A program made the position numbers and the translations under genes. A DNA stretch of 63,237 bases, the filler included, from Reticulomyxa filosa (Eukaryota; Protista; Foraminifera): assembly GCA_000512085.1 (NCBI GenBank). It is 14 parts of 14 records of this genome, joined end to end, with 100 filler letters (N's around TTAATTAATTAA, not from the genome) between each part and the next. Parts side by side here need not be neighbours in the genome. Positions count along the whole stretch, not along the records: positions 49,376 to 58,077 come from ASPP01036007.1; positions 58,178 to 59,217 come from ASPP01013658.1; positions 59,318 to 61,688 come from ASPP01023265.1; positions 61,789 to 63,237 come from ASPP01024530.1; 10 more parts are not named here. One strand, written 5' to 3'. Below the pieces are notes generated by a model that worked only from the letters and a program-made list of their open reading frames with translations, had not been told where the DNA came from and searched no databases. Positions 53,201 to 63,237 of the stretch are shown one piece after another. Position 1 is the first letter of the stretch. Each line of letters starts with the position of its first letter.

Positions 53201-56200
53201 GCGCAAATGTCTGCAGCCATTCAGCCTGCCGCACACAATGTGGAATCATTGCTGGAAAATCAACCCACCAAAAAATCATTGCAAAACAGCGGCGTACTCC
53301 AAAATCCAAACTTGTCATCTGATTTGCAACCAGTTGGCGCGGAACTGGCGAAAAAATTGACACAACGACCACAACCAAAGGAAATGTATGGAACATTGGA
53401 CCCTCGATTGCATGCAGCTGCGAAAAGACTGGAAAGAGCCCAACGTTCTTCATTGATTGAATCGCAATTACAATGGCGATCAGACATTAACGAGGTGACC
53501 TTGTACCCATTGACAATGGCCTCAAGTATTCAACCTGCCGCACTGAACGTCGAAATGGCCCTGCAATCTCGTCGCTCTCGACAAGAGCTAATTGATTACG
53601 GGCTGATACACAATCCAAAACTCAGCAGCGCATTGGCAGCACGCGGAGATTCGTTGTCCCAAGGCTTGAGAAATCGACCGAAAGCCAGTTCGGTCGTTGA
53701 CACCCATTTGGCGGGAAGCTTGCAAAATACTGCCAAGAAACTGGAATTCCATCAGCGACGAGAATCACTGTCGCAATTGCTGAACGGAAGACCGACATGG
53801 AAGGACGAATCGGTGCAAAAGACTCTGCACTTTTCCAACATTGCCCCAGCACTCCAACCTGCAGCATTGAATCTGGAAGAGGAACTGGCATTGCGACCTG
53901 CTTTGCAAGATATGAGTCGAGGTGGACTGTTTCCATTTTCATTTTTGCCGGAGCATTTGCGACCGACCGCATGGGACTTGCAAAGAGCATTGGAACGAGC
54001 AAAGTTGGCTTCTGGACAACAACTCGAAGCTCACGGCTATCCAAATTTGGCATCGAGTTTGCATGGCGCTGCCAGAAAAACGGAAACGCATTTACGTCGC
54101 AAGTCATTGGAACAACACTTGCGCAATCGACCAGATCCTGAAGATATATTACCTCATATTGGTTTGGCGCCTTCTATTCAGCCCGCAGCAAATGCGTTGG
54201 CTCATCATCTTCGAAGAAGATCTTTGGCAGATGCCTTTGATAGTCGTCCGGCGTTGGAGGAAATTTGGCAACGAAGTGGAAGAAGAGTGCATTCACAAGA
54301 TTTGGTGGCTGATGACCACTCGGTCAGTAAAAAGGAAATTCGCATCACAGAGATGTCCAACGAACTTAGTGAAAATATTGACGTGGCGACTGGTGAAGAG
54401 ATTACCCGCATTTTAAGACAATGTGACGCTCAAGTGTTCACTGGTGGCATGAATATCCTGGCATTTTTGAGTTTGCTTCTATCATTGCTTTGATCATCAA
54501 TCATGCCGTTGATGTGCTGAAGGACACCAAACACAATCGCATTGTATTGTCGGGCTGCGGAACTAGTGGACGTTTGGCTTATCTTGCGTCTCGAATGTTT
54601 AATGAAGAGCTGATCAAACACGGACTAAAAGAGTGTTGTGAGTATTGCATTGCTGGTGGAGATCAAGCCTTGCTGTCTTCCCAAGAGAGACCAGAAGATG
54701 ACCCCATTCAAGGCGTCAAAGACCTAAAGGCTCTAACTGAGGGCGCACGACAAGTCTTATACATTGGCATTACATGCGGGTTGTCTGCTCCTTATGTTGG
54801 TGGGCAAGTTGAATATGCAATGCAACAAGACAACTTTGTTACTGTTTTGATGGGATTTAATCCATCTCATATGGCCAGAGGTTAAACTTGCATTTTATAT
54901 TGTGTATTGATCGTTGGGGAAAATATATACAAGCAAATCTTGTTTTGCTTTGCAATAGATCAACCCGTCGAAAAATGGCAAGGAAAGACCTTTAAACAAT
55001 TGTGTGAGACGCTGGCAGCTATTTCACCAACTCCTGGCCATTGTCAAAGTCAACCCAAGAATGCCAAACACATATTATTAAATCCTGTGATCGGACCGGA
55101 AACGATCACTGGCAGCACAAGAATGAAATCGGGTACAGCAACAATTATCTTATTACAATCAATTTTGATTGGTGCGTTGTCGAAAGCATTGTCAACTCAA
55201 ACGACGGAGGACGAGGTAAAATCAAAGCCTGAACAGAGTCAGTCGGGTGATGATGACTACAATCACGTATGGAATTTGTTGTCGTTATTCGATAGCACAA
55301 TTCGAAATACGTATCGAACCAATGTCTGTCTCGAAATGGCAAAAGGAATGAGAGCCATTTCTAATGCTTTACTGAACGATGGACGCGTTATTTATGTGGG
55401 CAACCAAGTGTTTTCAGGAATCAGTACTCTCATTGATTCAAGTGAAATGAAACCAACCTTTGGCACTGAAAATGAGAGATATCGGTAACATTTTTTTTTA
55501 TTTTTTTTTTTTTTTTTTAGAAACAGTAAATGATCATTGTAACATTACACTTGACCTTTTGAATGCCGTGACGTAATGCTAGAACATATTTGCCAGAAGG
55601 ATGGTCGTTTTTGAGAACTCGAAGCGGTGATATCAGTGAAAGAGGGTCTGTTTATAACATCGACCTGAAAAACATTGAATGGAATGAATTAAAAAACAAT
55701 GATGTGGTGGTTTTTGTAAATAATGAAAAATCTGATGTTTGGGCACTTGCAAAAAAAAGCAAAGCACAATTGATTCATGTTCACGTTGGTGCTGATACTG
55801 TTCAATTGCAACAAAGTGAAGCTAGTGCAAAATTGTTGTTGAAGTTGGAAAAATCGGATATTGCCAGAACCGGAATTAACAATAAACTAACTACTCTTCT
55901 TCTTGGTAAGCAATTTTCAAATGTATATTATATGAATATAAATGTATATGTATATATATTTTTTTTTGAGTCAAATGAACAATAAATGGGTGATTTTGAA
56001 TATTTGATAGAATCAATGGAAGTGTTATCGGCGAAATTATTACTAAATGGTTTGTCCACGGGTGGACATGTGTTGAGTGGACACGTTTACAGCAATCGAA
56101 TGATCAATGTAAGAGCTGCAAATGACAAATTATTTTACCGGGCAGTCTTCTTGGTGCAAGACTTGGGCCAAGTGTCGTTCACACAAGCACAAGAGTGCTT

Positions 56201-56423
56201 ATTGCAAGCTGCTTATGGAGACGCTGTGTGGAAAGACTATATCACTTCACCGGTTTCGACACATGTCCAAAATATTGCCAAACTCAACAAAGTTGTACCA
56301 ATAGCCATTGGATTGGCATGTTTCAATAGATTAAATAATCCAAAGTCAGTGGAAGATATACAACACATTTTGGCAAACGAACCTTGTCTCAGAAAAGTCT
56401 TAAAAAAGTTTTTGTCATTATGA
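50224..56423 (+). CDS. RPEL-repeat array fused to a glucokinase regulatory protein (GKRP/MurQ-like double SIS) module, ~1,800 aa, 8 exons
   Basis: Exons 50224-50624, 50883-51228, 51345-51671, 51767-52132, 52223-54880, 54959-55484, 55583-55905 and 56011-56423; all introns GT-AG and in phase. About 25 L...L..RP..EEL...IL units. From ~54335 the GKRP motifs run in order: ITEMSN...ILRQCDAQVF, VLSGCGTSGR, IAGGD, IGITCGLSAPYVGGQ, LMGFNP..MAR, LNPVIGPETITGSTRMKSGTAT, KLLLNGLSTGGHVL, NRMINVRAANDKLFYRA. Single-base frame breaks at ~50580, ~51035 and ~54447. Confidence 0.88.
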
Positions 56424-57186
56424 GACATGTTCTTTTTTATTTTTATTTATTCTTTTTTCCATTCATCCTACTTATTACTATACCCTTATTTTTGTTTCGT
56501 ATTAGTGTACTACATTTTATCCTTTCGTTGTAGTTTTTCTGTTTCACTCGTGGGTCTATTTTTTCTTTGTGACAGTAATCTATTTTTTAACTTTCGTTCC
56601 TGTTGCACTTGTCTCTCTCCATTCGAATAATCCATGTTAAAAAAAGCTATTTTACTATTTGGGCATGTTATTTTTGAGCATAAAGAGTATCTATTAAAAT
56701 ACAAAAATAAAAATCAAACAAAAGTGTTTGCTCGAAGAGTGAGAAACATAATCCTTTAAATGCGTTTAACACACTAGGGATCCAATGTAACATCACAAAC
56801 TTGGGACGGATTCCTTAGAATCGAGACAGTACCTAACATGGTTAATTGTTTTAATTTGATCCTTTTACAAAATTCCATACAGTATACTCGTTTTTAATTT
56901 TCTAATTTTTGTTCTTTGTTCTTTCCTTTTGTTATGGCAATATATAGAGACTTGATGTTGAGAACATACAACAATCAAAAAACAATTATCTCCACAGAAA
57001 TGAACTATTTGTGTATCATTTTCGATCAAAAGAAATGCAATTGTCTCAAACTACACAGCGTAAAAAACTATTTTTTTTTAAGGTATATCTTGGTAATCAA
57101 GATAAAAATAGTGAAATGTCAGGTACAATATGGCACGATCACTCAAGCCGCTATGTTTTTTTGTAAAGGACAAAATGCACGTCGAA

Positions 57187-58049
57187 TTACCAAAAAGCAA
57201 GCCACAGCAAAGAAAAGCCAAATACAACGAACAAAAGATGATTTGTTTTGCCCTTACCGGAAGAGTGTGATGTAACGGTCCATATACTGTTACTGCTTTC
57301 ATTATATGTAGCTACGCTGTTTGGTGGAATTGTGATATTTTCAATGAATCCATTAAACAAGATAACGGGTGTGTTGTCAGTATCATCAATGATAAAAAAA
57401 TAAAAAGGAAAGTCCGCCTTAAATAATATGGGCGTATTTGTTGTGTACGAACTACCAGCCATAACAACCACAGTGACAGCAGCCGCTGTAAAGCCATTTT
57501 CTGTCACATCCAACGCGGTGTCATGATAGATTTCACTTATGAAGATCGGCGCGGAGGTCATTTCGCTAAAGTTCGCTTTGCTAGAATCAAATGCATCATG
57601 CATTCCTAAATTTTTCAATGAATCGGTTAGCTTGTACTTATCTTTGTTTATTTTTTATTTTGGTTCATTTAAACGACCATTAGTATGTACCTTTTTTTTT
57701 CTTTTTTTTTTTTCTGAAACCATAGGCAGAATAATAAAAGATAACTGCTAATGGAAAATTTGGGCACAGCCGAAGCGACTCGAGTGTACTCCAACTATGT
57801 TAATGCATTTTTGACCATGTCATTGTCAATTTCGGTTTGACATGTGGAACACTTGAGCAGGGCGAGAAACACGAACAAGTTATTTGTGTTTGTACTGCGC
57901 AGCTTGACAAATTGGAAATAACGGTTTTCATAGTAGTCAAAGTGGCCAATCTGATGCATCAAATGGATTTCAGTTTTCACATTTGTGCGCGATTCATCCG
58001 ATAAAATGGGTTTTTGCTTGTCATACTTTCCGAAAATTGTTGAGACCAA
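57187..58049 (-). pseudogene. Serpin, 3' half, with an in-frame TAG and a hydrophobic C-terminal extension
   Basis: Serpin motifs VPKFSI, LKNLGMHDAFD..ANFSEM, DVTENGFTAAAVT (hinge) and FKADFPFYFFI...ILFNG. Intron at 57745-57642. In-frame TAG at 57797-57795, with eroded LPY/LP motifs upstream. Confidence 0.75.
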
Positions 58050-58217
58050 AGACCATTTATGTATAATGTATTCACAANNNNNNNNNNNNNNNNNNNNNNN
58101 NNNNNNNNNNNNNNNNNNNNNTTAATTAATTAANNNNNNNNNNNNNNNNNNNNNNNNNNNNNNNNNNNNNNNNNNNNTTTTTTTTTTTGATTGGGGGGGG
58201 TCATTATTAATATTAGA

Positions 58218-59153
58218 GTACTGCGAATCGTATCATTATGGAATCAGCTAGGAGGACTAGCAGACATCAATTCAATCGAATTAAGCGCTATTTATTACCA
58301 ACTGTTTGCCAACGAGCAAGGCAAGTTCAAGGACAAACAGGTGCGAAGGGCAGCTGCATTGGACGGGATGATCAAAGAGAAGCTAGTCAAACGAAAAGAT
58401 CCATGGGAGTGCATCCAAGGCTTTTTGCTTGCATATGCCATTGAAAAAATACTGCTTCATAAAATTTTGTATAAATCACTTGCCAGCAAATTAGTGAGTT
58501 TTTTTTTTTCCCCTCCCCCTTTCTCCCCATTCAAGAGAAATAGATCCTTTGTTGTTGTTGTTGTTGTTGTTGTTAGGACCAAACTGAAGATTTGTCCAAC
58601 ACAAAATTTCAAAACAATTTCCAAGAATCAGATCGAATCATTGAAAAAGTTTTGTAAGATTATTTGTTGTTGTTGTTGTTGTTGTTGTTGAATTTGCTAA
58701 TGACGAAATAAGGGGAAACGTATACAACACATTTACAAAAGGCCAACTTACGTTCGATGGAAACATTAGAAAAGCACAGACATGAGACAAGCGTGAAATT
58801 ACCAAAGAAAAATGAAATAATATTAAAAATATGGGAAGACAACATCCATCTGCGATGGAATCATGCACCCAATGCATCATGCTATATACTGCATCTCCAT
58901 GCGAACACCATCAACAAATTCCCCACGCGTTTCGACTACACCGCTCTAGTCCCTTCGCACATTTGCGTCGACGATGTCCTCTGCTATAAGACGGACTGCG
59001 GTGGCAAATGTGTCAAAGCTGAAGGCAAGCTTAGTTGTGGTGCAATCTATTGTTCAAGTAACAACAACAACAACAACAACAAAAATGCTCACCTTTATCA
59101 ATGTCAATTGTGTTCAAGTGTTCAGTGTTTGGAATGTGTCCAAGTTAGAAAAA

Positions 59154-59154
<1 letters not shown>
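58218..59154 (+). CDS. Multi-exon fragment of an unknown protein (FN3-like strand pattern and Cys-rich segment)
   Basis: Three protein-like exons separated by T-rich and (GTT)n introns. Contains IHLRWNHAPNASCYIL and CxxC clusters. Open at both contig ends. Confidence 0.4.
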
Positions 59155-59185
<31 letters not shown>

Positions 59186-60105
59186 GTATACATATATGTA
59201 TATGTACATGTATATTGNNNNNNNNNNNNNNNNNNNNNNNNNNNNNNNNNNNNNNNNNNNNTTAATTAATTAANNNNNNNNNNNNNNNNNNNNNNNNNNN
59301 NNNNNNNNNNNNNNNNNAAAAAATAAATAAGTATTGCAACAAAACAGCTAAAACTATTTTAAAATTAAAACACTACAAATAAAATAAAAATAAATAAATA
59401 AAAAATTACTTTGGAGTCACTTTAGTGACGCAACAATAATATTTTATTTTTTTATTAATTTTTTTGCCCCTACCCGCTAGCCGCCGTAAAAACAGTCAAC
59501 TGTCATCTTCCATTCAAATTATTATTTTTAATTGAGTTTTTTTTGCTGACCTTTTTTTTTTGACGACTCTTTTGTAAATTTTTTAATGATTATTTTTTTT
59601 TTATTGTTGTGAAATTTATTTTTGTTTATGTTTTCCATTTGGTTTTTTAGTGGTAGTGTGCTACTTTTTGAAATTTCGATGATCTTGATTTTGATTGATA
59701 AATTTTTTGGCGTGTTTTAAGCTGGGACATATTTGAGAAAATTTTGTATTAAAAAAGTGTTGATGTAGGTGCAATCAGATTGAACATGTTGCAGCAAATG
59801 ACGAAACAAAATAAAAAATTTACGTTGGTGTTGTTTTTACAAAAATTTTTGCTGTTATGTAGGGCGTAAAAAACAGGGAAAAAAGCAACTTGCAACAAAT
59901 ATCAACCATCACAAACGATTTCTTTTTTTGTATCAACATGAAGCGATCATCCTTTTTTCTCCTTGAATTTTCATTACACGATTTTACGCAATGACTCTCT
60001 GATAACATCTTTGACGCAAATGAATTCGTAAAAAAAAAAAAGGCAAATGATAGATCGAATTTTCTTGAAATTTTTTGAAAAGCCAAGCAAGACAAAATGA
60101 AAATA

Positions 60106-61570
60106 CCTGTGACAGCTGTACAAACCACTCGATGATCAGCGCCAGAGCTGACCAAGAACAGCCCAGAGGTAGGAACCATCATTAGTTCATCCTGGTAATT
60201 GTAAGTCAAAGCAATGCTAGTGACCATCCGACGTTTATGAGGTTGTTCGACGCGCGCCAATGTAATGGGTGAGTTGTTGTCGTGATCATGAGCATACTGC
60301 AAATGAACACCATTGGACTGTGCCGCATCTTCCTGTTGTTCATCCTGTGTATCATCTTCCAGCCATGTTTGGAGAAGTGGATTTGGTCCGCAAACGTCTG
60401 ATACAAGTCGTGCAACACAATTGTGCCATCATCGCTTCCGGACGCCATGATCGAGTTTGCTATACACAGTCCATTGATAGGTTCGCTGTGTCGTGCTTCC
60501 AATTGCCACCGACAAGTGAACAAGTGAAAGGGTCTTCGATTCACATGCGAGCGTTTCATCCAATGTTCTAGCATCTTACAATTCATTTCAAAAAAGGGGA
60601 AAGAAAGAAGGGGGGAGGGGGGAAGGAGAGGATAGAAACCACACAATTGATAGTAATAACAATGACAACTAAGCTCGAATACACATTAAAAAAAAAAAAC
60701 AAAAAAAAAACTCTATTCAAATGGACAGTCATTCTTCTCTCTTTATTTTTTTTCCACAATTTAATGTCGCCATTGCCATAGCCAGTGGTAATCCAATCTC
60801 CATCCGGAGACCACGCGATGCTAGTGATGGACCCTTCGTAAGTGTTGCGGTCATCACTGACGTTCAGAAACTCTTCCAACGCGGTGGAGTCTTCTTCTTT
60901 GGCAATCCAAAAGCGATTGCTGTCCACTTCGATCTTGTCGTTATCAAACTTTGGATCTGTCAGCATTTGCACATTGCACACAATGAGACGGCCGTAGTTG
61001 GTTCCAATGGCCAGGCGCATTCCGTCGGGAGAGATGGCCAATGCATTGACGTGCTCTTTATGGCCCATCATCGCATTCACGCGGTCGCAAGCCGTCACTT
61101 TCTTCGAAAAGCTGTCCACTACCGCCAGCGAACAGGGTTTCTCTGGCTTTATTTTCTTCTCGTCCGGGTTTATCACCGTCGGATTGTCATCATCATCATC
61201 ACTTTCGTCGTTCTCTAGTGCTTCTTCTTCGAGTTTTTTTTTCGTCTTTTTTGGACATCAAAAAAAAAAAAAAAAAAAGATAACATTTTTAGTAATTATT
61301 AGGTTGTACATATAATTATATACAATATATATGTATATAGATATAGATATATTTATCAATTGTATATGTACGTATATGTAGGTACATAATGTGATTTGTA
61401 CATGTATTTGCGAAAAAAAAAAAAAGAAAGTACTCACCCCATCATTGCGACAAAAACTTTGGAGGAATCTCTTGTGAAAGCAAGCCCTCGAATAACAGGT
61501 TCAAATTCCAATCGAATGCTTTTTCTTGTGATAACTCGCTTTGTTTCTTTTCCATAAGTTGCTTCTAATT
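60106..61570 (-). CDS. WD40-repeat protein (partial, multi-exon)
   Basis: GHKEHVNALAISPDGMRLAIG, SITSIAWSPDGDWITTGYGNGDIKLW, HSEPINGLCIANSIMASGSDDGTIVLHD and FLVSSGADHRV. Both ends are uncertain. Confidence 0.7.
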
Positions 61571-63237
61571 CATCCGGCTTGGGTTCATTATTTTTTTTAT
61601 TTTTTTTTATTTTTTTTGAAAGATGAGTTTGAAAAACTCATTCATTCATTCGTTACAAACAATAGCAAAAAAAAAAAAAAAAAAAACTNNNNNNNNNNNN
61701 NNNNNNNNNNNNNNNNNNNNNNNNNNNNNNNNTTAATTAATTAANNNNNNNNNNNNNNNNNNNNNNNNNNNNNNNNNNNNNNNNNNNNTCGCATCCCAAG
61801 ATCTATGTTATATCTAAAGAAATATCAATCCAGGGCTTTGTGTATCAAATGTATTCTACATAAAGTAATTTGAAAAAGAAGTATACAAAACTTATTTAAA
61901 TTTTTCAACGTAATTCATGAAAACATATCATTTATGTAATTTATAGAATTTATGCTTACTCAGTTTTAATGTTTCAAAGTCGTATATCCAAATTCTTATT
62001 CTTCACATTTCAAGTTTATAAAAGTTGTGTTAAATTACACTTTTTATTACTTAGTTTTGGACAAGTTCTTTTTTAAAAAGATTTTTTATCTTCATTGAAA
62101 AAGAAATAACATGTATTGTTAAAATTCATTTTTCATGTTCCCAAAAAAAATATTTTTCATTTGCCCTTGAAAGAAAAAACTTCCATTTTACATCATCAAA
62201 AACGGTCTTAAGCAAAAAAACAAAATGACAATTCTTGACAATGAAAAGCAAACTTTAACACAACTAGAGTTGCTAAGTTTTATTACAAGCTTTCATAGAG
62301 TCTGGTCAAGTCAAGTTTTTGAAAAAGAAAGGCTTTTCTTGTCAAAGGTGCTGAAAAACGTTAACATACAAAATCGACTCAAAACCTCTGGCATCACATC
62401 GAACGGCCAACATTAATGCAGTGACAAAGGACATGCAGTATCTGGCGATTGCGTAATTGTCGATGATGATCTGCTTGCTGTTCTTGAGCGCGTCTACAAT
62501 GGAAGTAGCAGTGGAACAAATGCAAGGTGAAGTCGTCCACGTTGACGATAAAATAAGATAGCAAAAAAGGAAGATTCGAAAAAAGATAATGCAAGAAAGA
62601 AAGCAAAGAAGGAGCACAAGCACAAAGAAAAAGCATGATATCAAAAAGTATTTGATATAACAACTTCAATAGAACAAAAGGCAAACCAACCGGTAATATC
62701 AGTATCAGCGAAGGTGACAATAAAAAACAAAGAACAAAATACAAATGCTAATGCCAATGCCAATGCAAATGCAAATGAAGCAATGACAGATCGCAAACAA
62801 CATTGTACGCCTTAACGAATTGACAGAGGTTACAGTTGCATCCGCTGATCCAATGACTGCATTCTAGATATGATTACTCGACCGGACCGAAACACTTGAT
62901 TATATACATTGACATATACAATGTATTTATATATACATATTATTTTACCCAACTGTAATGAAAAAAATAAAATTCAGTCTCAATGATAGTATATGAATTG
63001 TACAAAAGTAAAACTCATATCATATATCTAAACTCTTCCTTGAAAACAAAGAAATTATTGTATCATATTTCGTGTCTGTATAACAATTTGGTAAAGCGTT
63101 GCAAATTGTACATGTAAAACTACAAATTACATAAGCTATTAAATCTGACACAAATAAAAATTGTAAAATTAAACTAACACTAATAACAAACTACAAATAA
63201 AACACAAATAAATTATGCAAAAATACAATCAAAATCA

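Noticed and set aside
18440-54450. Repeated frame breaks in conserved genes (~18460, ~19725, ~22158, ~28510, ~30812, ~50580, ~51035, ~54447) as programmed frameshifting or RNA editing
   Set aside because: They go in both directions, share no slippery or stop motif, and each is fixed by one base in a homopolymer or doublet (e.g. GGT[T]GGCAT gives GWHEYPG). Sequencing indels are the simpler explanation; raw reads would settle it.
57795-57797. In-frame TAG in the serpin as evidence of stop-codon reassignment
   Set aside because: Thousands of codons in the HECT, WD40 and RPEL ORFs contain no in-frame TAG, and nearby serpin motifs are eroded, which fits pseudogenisation.
62225-62900. Possible gene in the last contig
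   Set aside because: Only short, stop-interrupted protein-like patches with no recognisable domain; at most a remnant.

Overview
This is an AT-rich eukaryotic (protist) genomic window, not one locus. It consists of 14 short contigs joined by 13 identical artificial 100-bp spacers (N44-TTAATTAATTAA-N44), so neighbourhood arguments hold only within a contig. The gene families, short introns, pseudogene debris and homopolymer indels resemble the foraminiferan Reticulomyxa filosa (inference, not verified). Recognisable genes: a Kelch-repeat protein, a SAM-domain protein, an N-myristoylated EF-hand protein, APC1 (3' part), a >4,500-aa HECT E3 ligase (LamG, CUB-like, PA-like, UBA-like, SPRY, HECT), a bacterial-type alkyl-DHAP synthase-like flavoprotein ending in SKL, a mitochondrial ferredoxin, an mRNA-capping guanylyltransferase on a compositionally odd contig, a 2OG-Fe(II) oxygenase, a CAP-Gly protein, a NACHT-type/pentapeptide/14xWD40 protein, a probable serpin pseudogene and a WD40 protein. 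The standout is a ~1,800-aa gene (50224-56423) in which about 25 RPEL-like (G-actin-binding) repeats are fused in frame to a complete glucokinase regulatory protein (GKRP/MurQ-family double-SIS) module, a possible link between sugar-phosphate sensing and the actin monomer pool. Also notable: many introns are U-rich at the 5' end and A-rich at the 3' end, a ~150-bp inverted repeat pair, and a decayed copy of part of the HECT gene on another contig. I found no rRNA, tRNA or CRISPR array.
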